Source: Antedon mediterranea
Taxonomy: Eukaryota > Animalia > Echinodermata
DNA: 64,000 bases
Assembly: GCF_964355755.1 (NCBI RefSeq)
Contig: NC_092671.1
Coordinates: 18,538,001-18,602,000 of the forward strand
Direction: 5' to 3'
Shown here: piece by piece, positions 22,668-33,170 of the stretch
Numbering within the stretch: position 1 is the stretch's first letter
Layout: each line of letters opens with the position of its first letter
Made by a program: the position numbers and the translations under genes
The notes under the pieces: generated by a model
What the model was told of the DNA's origin: nothing
The model's database searches: none
What the model saw: the letters and a program-made list of their open reading frames with translations, nothing else

Positions 22668-23659
22668 GTAAAAACTAGTTAATTGTGACTTTTACTTCAC
22701 ATTATGATCACATGGTAATGTGACAAATATTAATTTATGCCAAAGGTATTGTCAGTGCGAATCTCAATATGTTCATGTTGACACAGCAATGTCATATCAG
22801 TGTAAATATCCTTTCCTCCTTGTTCTTTTTCCTATTTTTTCATTTTTCCTAAATTACACTTAATTTTAATCCTTTTTTATATATTTTTGTTCCTTGACAA
22901 TCATCTAATATTTTCTTACTTTATTCCGTTTTCCTATTTTTCTGATTTTTCCTCTTTTTAAATTCAAATCTCTCTTTATTAAGAATTTTAAAATGTTCTT
23001 GTCCATCACAAATAATTATGGAAAATCAGTCAGTGTTTCTAATTTTTATACAAAATATTTGTATTTTATACCGGTACTTTTCTATTGGTTGGTTGTTTGC
23101 TTTTTTTTTATAATGCATCTTCCGAATTTAATCTTCACTCTCTAATTAATATTATTGTCTTCTCTATTTCCGTCAATGGTTCAACACCTCAAACCACTAC
23201 CTCAGAATATTATACAGTTATCTCTCGTTTTCTAGTAGAAAAATTATTTCTCCAGCTATTTCTATTAGTATCTAGAGGCGATATAGTTGTCTTTATCTCT
23301 GAAAGCACAATTGTGTTTCTTCCTTTAATGTCATATTTTGAATGTATACTCTCTAGAAACGGTTTCAGTTTATCTGGAATTCTTTTTCAGATTTAAGAAG
23401 ACGATTATTGTTCTTTTTTTTAGTGTTAATAGGCCTCTACTCTACTCTGGTATTCTTCTCTTTGGATGTATACAAGCTCTATAAATTATTTGTTTAAAAA
23501 ATAAGATGATGGAAAGAATGACAACATGATCAGTATGTTAAACTCTATAGCTAAGTGACTGGCGGAACATACTGTAGTGTATATTGAAATATAATTCTTT
23601 TTACAGCCTCTGCTGTATAAAGGTTTATAATAATGTGGTGGGTTTTTTTTAATTAATAG

Positions 23660-24565
23660 GTCACGTTGATCAAACAAATTCGGATAGCCATGAAGATACC
23701 AGAACAGAACATAGCACATACAAGTATGAAGTTACTACAATGCGAGATTCTAACAATATAACAGTTTTTGCACCTAATTGTACGTGTAACTACACTGATT
23801 GTGGTTTCTGCTCATCAACATCTAGAGTCATCTGTGTGATATACATTTGTAATTGTACGTCAATAACAGGAGAACAAGTGACGATGTTCAACTGTAGCTG
23901 CGATCCGACAGACTGTTTATCCGTTTACGAATACTATACTGGCCTTAGTTATGGTCATGGCGTTGGTGACAATTCTGGATTTCAAAAAACAACTCAGATG
24001 TCTGGCAGACCTTATGTAACGTCGAAAGGGGATGACGGAAAAGACACGTGGTATGGATCAGAAACCAGACAAATGGGACATAATTGGACTACTGAAACAC
24101 CAGTAAATTCAAGCTCAAACGCTGGCCTTGGAAACAATACTTCTGGAGACAGTGGTTCATGGAGCAACGGAGCGGGGGACAATGAAGCGGGAGCCGATGG
24201 AGTAGAAAACAGTACTTTAAGAAATAGTGGGTCATGGAGTAATGGAGCGGGGGAAGACGGAACGGGAAACAGTGGAACGGGAAACAGTGGAATGGGAAAC
24301 AGTGAAACGGGAAGCAGTGGAACGGGAAACAATGCAACGGGAAACAGTGAATGGAATAATGGAACAGAAACTAGTAGGTCATTGAGTAACGGAACGGCGG
24401 ATAATGAGCCGGAAATTACTGAATCGGAACACAGTGGTTACAGAACTACTAAATCTACTAATGGTGGAAATGGGAATAGGCCTACTGGAATAGAACCATA
24501 CGGTCCAACAAATGGATATTCCACGCAGAATATAACTGACCGAATGTCAACCGAATCAGTACAAT
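23660..24565 (+). CDS. Orphan type I membrane protein, exon 3 (Cys-rich module + Gly/Ser/Asn/Thr-rich stalk)
   Basis: Acceptor AATAG at 23659. Open 906 nt in frame with ORF 23740-24609. Contains NCxCxxTDC x2, GSWSNGAG x2 and GNSGT-type 15-nt repeats. Donor T|GTACGT at 24566. Confidence 0.75.
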
Positions 24566-24727
24566 GTACGTTACACATAATTGTAACTAAGATTTTTTCT
24601 AATTTCTAATGTAGGTAGTGAAATATTGCTGTTTTGAAGGCAACAATATTCTTTTTATAAATGAAAACTATAATAATTAAAATGATATTAATATTTAAAT
24701 TTAGATCTTTCTGGTTTTTTTTTACAG

Positions 24728-24915
24728 ATAACAGTGATTTGACGGTTGCACCAATGATAATATTATTGATGTCGCTAACCATTATTTCAGTAGTGGTCTT
24801 AGCAATCGGTTGTTGTTGTGTTATAGCAGGTTTCTTCAAACCCAAAAACAAGGTTGAACAAGCGCCACCGCCACCACCAACTCTAGGTCTGGGGCCACCA
24901 AAAATACTAAAATAG
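24728..24915 (+). CDS. Orphan type I membrane protein, exon 4 (transmembrane helix, CCC, poly-Pro tail)
   Basis: Acceptor T-run+ACAG at 24727. Encodes the hydrophobic stretch MIILLMSLTIISVVVLAIGCCCVIAGFF, then KPKNK and PPPPP. TAG at 24913-24915. The spliced total is 1545 nt = 514 aa plus stop. Confidence 0.75.
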
Positions 24916-26599
24916 AAATCAGCTACACAAGTAAACAAGCAGTTGGTTTGCACGATGACAGAAGACATCAAACCAATGACTACTGCCACACATGAACAAA
25001 GGATTCAACAGATCATAACATATTCGCATGTACAAAGACCGAACTGAGTTTTGACTACGAAGTGTTTACCTGAGATACCTAGGCCTATAAACAACAACTA
25101 ATTATTTCGTTGTTGAAAATTAAGTGTTATATTATTCTGTCGTCATTTTCACCACCATCTACGCTAAGAAACAGCGACACAAAATATTTAACATAGTGTA
25201 TTTATATTAAATATTTTAAAGCACTTCTGTATATAAATGTAGGCATAATATTTTTTAAAAAAATTATCGTTAGAAAGTCGTGTTACGATGTTACAAAAAA
25301 TACGAAAATTATTTCAAAATATAATTATTACAACATTAAATTATTACCAAATATGACATAACCGAGGCGAAAAAGTTACAGCATATATATCAGAACCTAA
25401 AAAGAATTCACATATTTACACTGAAAAACCTTTTTTTGAAAACTCGAGCAAACAAAGGGTTGGTCAAGAAAGGCTGTCCAATGTATGCTAGTTTGTATAA
25501 CCTGCAGAAAACCAGCCTACAATTCCGAGTAATGCAAACAAGAATTGGTAAATGTTTGCGAGTGCCAAGTAAGATAATAATAAATATGCCTAGTGAAATT
25601 TCACTATTGTATTGATTCTAGTATGTAAACAGAGGCATAAATCACTAATTTTGATGGCAATCATTTTCACAAGATATTTTTAACGTTTCTTTAGCACATT
25701 TGTACTTTTAAAACATATCTGAGTGTTCCTGCATTAAATGCCGTTAGGTAATTTCTACCATGGGAGAGGTAAAATAGATTTATTTTACATCTCCCTGGTT
25801 GTACTAACGATAAGCGATGTCTTATTGTGATAATTAATTGAATGCACGGTTAATTGTCTGTAAAAAAGTTTTACACGATCAAACATGCATCAGCCTGCAT
25901 CTTTAAATCTCAACTAATTCCTTCTTAACCATTACGGGCTTGTATTGTTTATTTCCGTTCCTTTGACAATCGTTAGTATTATCTTGAAAGAAAGCTTGCA
26001 TGCTATCTTGTAAAGAAGCATAGGGCTTCATATTGTGATTACTTTTGCAAACCTGTGAGGAGGGGGCTTTCTTCTTCTTTTCGGTATTTTACAATATTGT
26101 ACTCAATGACAAACTCATACTATACTGTGCAGTATATACAATACAGTTAGTTTTTATCTCTTTTTTTTTGGGAGCATCTTCTTGCTTAGTATCAAGAATC
26201 TTGAAACTTAAGCTGAAAACATCGTTTAAAAATACGTGTTTTCTTTATCACGGATATACACTATGTAAATAATAATAACAATACCTTTTCAGTTGTTTTA
26301 CTTTAACCTTTGTGTACTAAATATGAATACTTAAATATTCAGAAAAATACTAATACCAACTTAATAATAGCAGTGTATGAATAAATATACCGCAAGTCAC
26401 AAAGACAATGAGAGGTTTACTACAACGTGAATTATGATTATGCAATTTTTTAATAACTAATGTATTTTTAAAGCAATAAATATCTTGTATAACGGAGTTG
26501 GTTTGTTTGTTTTTTTATCCATATTTTTACAACAACCAATGATCAGGCAGACCGGTTATCTCATTTACATCATTTGATTCATCATTCTTCTGTTATTTC

Positions 26600-27060
26600 A
26601 AATTATAGGATATTGTTCTTTGTATTTACATATATAAATATTATTCATTTTTTCTTCGCGAGGTACTGTGTTCTTTTAAATATATTAAATATGAATAATT
26701 CCCAATGATCATTGTTAAATCTTTAACATTTGGGTGCATATACAGTATTTAACAAAAGTAGGCCTATGTAAGCGTTTCTTAGGTCTATACAAAATAAGCC
26801 GACCTAAGCTCGTTCATTTGTTGAAGGTAAAAGTTCTGAGAAGATACTTTCATATATATTTTTTTACATACGGTTTTATGTAGGTCGACAGTACGGCGTA
26901 ACAATTTCGGGTGTGGTATATTTGGGTAAAAAGAGTATTTGCAAATATAAAAATGTTTGCAAGATCGTATTGTAATTATTTACGGTAGTATTCAGGGTTG
27001 ACGTACAATTCCGTTGGAAAATGTGCAAGCATGTTTACTCCACTGATATTTGTGGTTACA
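26600..27060 (-). mobile_element. Possible very old Penelope-like GIY-YIG remnant
   Basis: Scattered minus-strand fragments (RSCKH, MKVSSQNFY, YIG) occur in the order expected for the Penelope endonuclease. No continuous ORF. Confidence 0.25.
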
Positions 27061-28619
27061 CAGCAGCTATATAGCATGAGCGAGCTTTAACTTTATTATT
27101 CTACTTTAATTAGCTTTTATATAAAAGAAATTAATAATCTTTGAAGCAGTATGTACTTTTCTTTAATATAATGAATATATTAATTGTAAAGATCAATCTT
27201 GAAAAAAGAATCTGTAGTCGACTGAATGGATAATTAAAACAAAAATGTATAAATGAATCGTTATGCTGTGCCGGTTGAGGTTTTTTTCATCAGTTTTTTT
27301 TTTCATCTTTGTTTTTATTTACTAATTTAAGTTAAATATGAATTAGTTCATGTGATACACGTTGCAATTAAAAAAAAGGTCGAGAAACTAAAATAATGTC
27401 AGTCAACAACATAATGCGCAAGTTGGTCAAATCTATTGTAGTCTTTAATGTTGTATATTGTTCAGGTTTTTTAGTAACACCACAAAATAAATGGTCTAAT
27501 CAATTAAAGTTTGATTTTATTTATTTTTCATGATTTAGGGGACATTACATCCTTAAGTATATTTTTGTGATTCGATTTTTCATTCTACAACCTTTTTGTA
27601 TATATTAACACCCCTATTAAAAGGAAATCTAGAAAAAATGTCCCGTCAATAGAGGTGTTCCTTGGAAAGGGTTGACCAGTGTTAAAACATATGCCCCTCG
27701 TTTGTTTCAAGGGAAAAGGTCCCATAGTGATGTCCTCTGAATATAAACTATAATAGTTTAGTAGTGGTGTAGTCCCAACAGAGGGTTATACTGTAGTATT
27801 ACTCAATCTAATATGTTTTGTTTTACACTAGTTATTCTGTTGTAGATTCTACTGATTCTACTACTGTGTTTCTAATTATTGTAATTTTAAAGACCATCAA
27901 AACAAAAATAAGGAATCGGTCTATAATAAAAAGAAATATTTCTTACAAAAAACGCTGCTAACAGTTTTAAAGATATATTGTCCCTCTGGAAAATATTTTT
28001 TATTTCAAATTTGTCATTGTCATTTTATTGTCACATAATAGTTATTTTACCTGAAAAAAAAATGTAATTTAAAGCAAAAAATACTTAAATTGTCTGTCAG
28101 ACAATGGTTTTTTGGGTTATAATTAAGCGTTTCTTTTCTCTTTTTATACGTGGATAAATATTATTTTGTTGTTTACAGAAGTGAATAACTTTGATATGAA
28201 ACACAGACTCAATTTCTGTCACTTTAGTTTATTTTATTGCTAAGGATAAGTCTGGGGGTCACTTCATCATGCCTAGATACTTCAAGTGTGAAGTATCCTA
28301 TTACAAACAAAAACTGTAATGGACTGTTTTGATAATAATTCAATGATTATCTGCATGACAGCGAATTTGCAGTATTATATTTATCGGTCAAATGGGACTC
28401 GTAAATACCAGAAATTCTTTGGGATTTGTAATTTTTAGCATGACGTGTCCTAATAGACTCTCGTTTTTTGGGTCCAGCAGATGGGACCTATAAATTATAG
28501 TCGAGATTCCATTTTAGCAAAAACGTCAGTCTCTAGTACTATAACTTCTGCTTGCTTTCAGCTTATAAATGAGTCATCTCTTGTGACGTAGCGGGCTAGA
28601 GCAGCAGCGTAACAAACAG

Positions 28620-28761
28620 CTAATTTTAAAGATATTGTCCCCTAAAAAACAATTTTTTTGTTTGTTTTTGTTGAATATGCCATTTTCATTTCACATATAG
28701 TTATTCACTTTGAACAAAAATTGGATCGAAAAAAAAATTATTTACCTGAAAACTGCATTTT
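28620..28761. repeat. Dispersed GATATTGTCCCC repeat family (continues at 30226-30310; relatives at ~27970-28130, ~57070-57250, ~58390-58480)
   Basis: Copies share the pattern ATTGTCCCC...TTGAATATGCC...ATTTACCTGAAAA...AAAGCAAAA. Confidence 0.55.
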
Positions 28762-30225
28762 CATCGGTATGTGACATTATCGTTAATAACAGACTTCTAA
28801 TTTCAGATGAAGTGATACCTACTTTAAGCAATAAACAAAAAGGATCAAATATTTTGCGCTCTTGTATTCAATTCCATGTTTGTGGAAAGAAATCATCTTT
28901 AATTCAATAGAAAACAATCAAATTAACCTGCAAGTCAAAGAAACCGTATTTCATAAAAAAAAATACAAGGCATCTTTTCATTATATCCTTTTTGTTAGCA
29001 AGGTTGCTAAAATCCCCAATATACAAGCAAAGTGGGAAGTTGAGTTAGGTAAAAATGAAATAGACTGGGACAAAACATGGTACTGTAAATTTCACAATAG
29101 GAGACATTTACCAAAAGTCGCCCAATTTAATTTTAAATTATTACATCGTATCTTAGCTTGTAGAAAAAACTGGAAGTGGAATCTTAATAAAAGTGATTGT
29201 TGCGAAAAGTGTTGTATAGAAATAGAAAGTGAAAATCATATGTTGTACACCTGTAATAGCATTCAATCAGATTTGAAGAAGTTCCGTAAACAGATCGTTA
29301 AATGTATTCCGACTAATGAAACACTACGACCAGGTTTCCCCGAATGGTCAGACATAGTTATAGGAACTCAGAACACGCTTGTTAATGAACTCATCTCTTT
29401 ATTTACATTTAGTATTTACAAATCGTGCATTATTTATAAAACAAGCAAACAGATTATCACTTGGAATTTATTTAAGATAGAACTAAAAAAATTAATTTCA
29501 AATGAATACTTATGTAATCTAAACAAAGCAGAAAGAAAACGGAACGACGTTAAAGAAAAACTCCTTGAATCAATTATCTAAAAAGAAAAATAATCAATAA
29601 AATTTAATTTAATTAAGATATACACAAGAATAAACATAAACGTACGGTATACAGTATATTTTCTTGATTTAGATCAATTGTTAGTTTACCATCATTATTA
29701 TATTATTGTTTTCTAGGAGGCGCCCGAGTCCGGGATGACCGAGACGCAACTGGTGCTAGCCAGGATTTAAACTAGAACTATTAGAATAAACCTGGCTAGC
29801 GACGAGGGCGTATCCCCATACTTCGGTTTGGGTTTAGCTTTGCAATATTTATTAGTTTGTTATTTTATCATATAAATAATGAAAGCAATATTATGTTCAA
29901 AATGTAAAACTATACAATGTTATCAAAGTATTCAAACAAAACATAATCTTTAATGCAATATACCATTTTATCATATATATTTATATTATATCGAATCTCT
30001 TTTTAATACTGAATATCAATCTTTATATCGTTTTAGCTCTGTAATATAAATTTTCTCTGTATACATGTTTGTTTTATCTAGATTTCAACACAATATCAAA
30101 ATATTTTGTGTAATATCACTTAAATATTCATTGATAAATAGATAGATAGACATATACTGTAACTTTCACCATATTGTTTATCATTGCAATAAAAGTGGGT
30201 TGCCCCCACAAAAGAGAAAAAAAAA
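28762..30225 (+). mobile_element. 5'-truncated L1/Tx1-type LINE (C-terminal CCHC zinc-binding region, 3' UTR, A-rich tail) with 14-bp TSD
   Basis: ORF 28862-29581 reads KWEVELG...W...FNFKLLHRILAC...CEKC..EIESENHMLYTC (zf-RVT-like). AATAAA at ~30188 and an A-rich tail. GAAAACTGCATTTT occurs at both 28748-28761 and 30226-30239. Confidence 0.88.
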
Positions 30226-30749
30226 GAAAACTGCATTTTAAAGCAAAATATATTCTAATTTACTGGAAGTAAATGGGTTTTGAGTTGAATTTAACCGTTT
30301 ATTTTTTGTCTTTCTGCGGAAGTGATTAACTTTATTTAAACTGGGAAATGGCCTATTCAAAGTCTCTTTTAATCTTCATTTTTCATTTTTTTTGGGGACA
30401 AAACATCTGTAAGTCTAATTTAGGAATAAAACTACTATAAGTCTAACAGTGTACTGTTGATTTTTTTTTTCAATTAATTTAATTAATCAATAATTTCTAA
30501 AATATGTGGATGACTTTTAAATGAATCTTTTATGAAAGTATTTCTATAGGACAACAAAGCACTAACATCTTAAATGACACTCTGGAATCAAATTAAGAAC
30601 AAAGCTAATAAGAAACTATTTATACTAAGAAATATTTTGGTCTTATAGACAAGAGTTATGCAGAGTTTATGTATAGGTTATATCAGAACAATATTACAAT
30701 ATGCAATTTCATAATATTAAGTTTTTCTTTTTGTGCGAAAGTTAATAAT

Positions 30750-31186
30750 CTATATATAAATTATGGTTAATTCTGACATAGGCAAGCACAATGCAAAAAC
30801 TTCGGTACAAATCTCCGCCTTGGATACCTACCTTATCTATCTGAGATGTACCGCGAAACGTAGATTTGATAACATTAGTGTTCACATCGACGCTATTGTT
30901 CCATATTTCTATCTTAGGAAGATAATATAAAGAGTTTTTTAACACAATTTATGATTTCAACATTAGATTTTCATCTCAATTTCAATTCTTCCCGGTCAAA
31001 GTAATTTCCTTTGGAAGACGAAAAAAAAGTCAGATAGTAGGACTGGAGCTTAGTTGGCCATTAGTCATAGCCATTTCAAGCATTTTCAATAATGGTAACC
31101 GACAGAAAACGTATAAGGAGAACATTATCATTCCGAGAACCATCGTCTACACTTCCTAGAGCGAGCGAAGCGAGCTCACCCTCTAG
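30750..31186 (+). mobile_element. Helitron-like fragment, relative of 1024-1257
   Basis: 31092-31186 matches 1138-1256 directly and ends CTAGAGCGAGCGAAGCGAGCTCACCCTCTAG|T. 30750-30856 matches ~1042-1138 in reverse orientation. Confidence 0.6.
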
Positions 31187-31793
31187 TAATAATAATAATA
31201 AAATTGTTTCAAAAATTTAGTTAGAGTTGATTTGTATTATGATAATATACAACACGACACTGAATTCATATAAAGGGTATGACATGGGGAGGAGGAACAA
31301 TCATTTACTGCAGAATATGGATCAAATAAATAGCGTACCTAATAAGAAAATCTACTGCAGAAATACTCCTACTGAAATTATAAAAAAATTTTATGGGTTT
31401 TCGGTAAATGTAAATTCGGTTTTTCCATACCAAAAATACGTAATATATTTTCATATTTAAGTTCATAGACCTGGTTCTCATAGCCAAGGCTATAATATAC
31501 TTTAATTGTACTAAAATGTACTTACTGATTATCCATTCATAATCATTAATTTATCCTTGTAACATGTCACTCAAGTGCACTTACGACACAAGATTAAAAA
31601 TATTGTTAAGTTTCTAAAGTGATGAGTAATGTTTTCTTTATACTTTAATGTTTATGTTGCAATTATTATTTTTTACTGTTCTCCCAGATGGCTTAGTAAT
31701 ACCTATGAGTGGTTGTATCTGACAGGGGTGTGTGTATCCCCTAGTATGACCCCCTACACGTTTCTAAAGATATACTAGGCCTGGGTTCTTTAA

Positions 31794-32382
31794 AGCTCAG
31801 GTACAGGAAAGAATTTTAAATATAATATTTGGTTAATTGTACATATTTGTAACAGAAATCGAGACGAAAAAAACATGAATTTCCCTTAATATGGTCAAAT
31901 ACAAAATTTGGCAAAATTCTTCCATAAAAACCAGGAAGACTTTTTTTTCAGTAGTTAGGTAGTTAACCTAATGTAATAACATGTCTGGTGACTCCCTAGA
32001 CGGTGAAAAAAGATGGTGGATATACGGTGGATAATTTTTTCTATAGCATGAAAAAAAAAAATCTGAAGTTGAATAAAAATATCAGAAATGTAATATTCAA
32101 GTTATATTACCTTTATTTAGTCATCTGATAACATCTTTTACCACACCGTTTATTTTTCATAGCTTTTTAAAATGCCTCTATATTTACAAAATTTGTGTAC
32201 AAAAGAATAGAGATTTTACTGTGTAATTTGAACTATCTCCCCACTGATAAGAAAGTGCTTATTTTCAACAAGCTCGTGTAACACAAATAAAATCCCAAAA
32301 ATTATAAAACATAGGGGGAAACTATAGATCGATAATTATTGGAATGTATGATCAACAGAAATTTTTTGCCCGTACCTGGCCT
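31794..32382. mobile_element. ~590-bp MITE with TTAA TSD and AG..CT termini (Kolobok-like)
   Basis: TTAA|AGCTCAGGTACAGG ... CCCGTACCTGGCCT|TTAA. Closely similar copy at 48344-48931. Confidence 0.85.
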
Positions 32383-32567
32383 TTAAAGTGAACATTAGCG
32401 AGATGTGTACACTGAACGATATATGGTTTATAGTCTTAATCCGTGAAGTCTCATTCTACGACCAGAACTATGGAGCAAGTGAGCCTATAATCCGAGCCTC
32501 GAATCATTGCCGATGCCACTCACTCACTCTAGACAGTATCTGCAATACTGCAATTGTAATTTATAAT

Positions 32568-32672
32568 ATTTTTAGTCTTTAGACTCTACAGCTCACTATG
32601 TCGGTTGGTTGGTGGTCGATCGGTTGGTCGGTGGTAAAAACTAACTTGAGCACGCAGGTATAAGGCCTTGTT
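32568..32672 (+). mobile_element. Short degenerate HINE/DINE-like element
   Basis: TTTTTAGTC...GACTCTACAGCTCACTATGTCGGTTGGTT...GGCCTTGTT, the same termini as 2947-3692. Confidence 0.6.
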
Positions 32673-32959
32673 AATATAATTTTAGGTTTTATAGAATTAC
32701 TATATTATTTATAATACTAAATAGTTATGTTGTTCTTTAAACTAGAAATTCCCTGCTGGATTAGTAAAAAAGAATACCATACTGCTATACAAAGTTTACT
32801 GAAAAACATTGAGAATGTCCATAAACTTTAGTATGTAATAATATAGCATCTACATTTTCTGGAGAGAATGCCACAACGCCATTAAGGTTAGCGGCTAATT
32901 AAGCGGGCTCTCCTTAATTAATGACAAAGATGCTCTTCACAAAACAAAGTCTTAACAAG

Positions 32960-33071
32960 TTTTTAGTCGTGTGCAACGCGACTCTATGCTCACTATGTCG
33001 GTCGGTCGGTCGGTCGGTAAACACTAACTCAAATTTGCGCATGCGACTGCAGCCATGTATATGGTCTTGTT
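32960..33071 (+). mobile_element. Short HINE/DINE-like element
   Basis: TTTTTAGTCGTGTGCAACGCGACTCTATGCTCACTATGTCG(GTCG)n...GGTCTTGTT. Confidence 0.7.
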
Positions 33072-33099
33072 GTATTGGAAGTGGAGTTGTTGAAAAAAC

Positions 33100-33170
33100 C
33101 TTGGAATCTGGATTTGAACCTATGACTCTGAGATCGATAGCATCTAAACAACCAAGCTACAGCTCCACTT
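33100..33170 (-). mobile_element. Degenerate tRNA-derived SINE head
   Basis: Minus strand has A-box-like GTAGCTTGGTTG and B-box-like GGTTCAAATCC. No complete cloverleaf. Confidence 0.4.

Noticed and set aside
23085-23396. 103-aa ORF in intron 2 of the membrane-protein gene as an extra exon
   Set aside because: No convincing phase-compatible splice sites, and the flanking exons already join in frame. More likely old repeat debris.
24012-24337. Minus-strand FPFHC/PVPL repeat ORFs
   Set aside because: Antisense shadows of the 15-nt coding repeats in exon 3.
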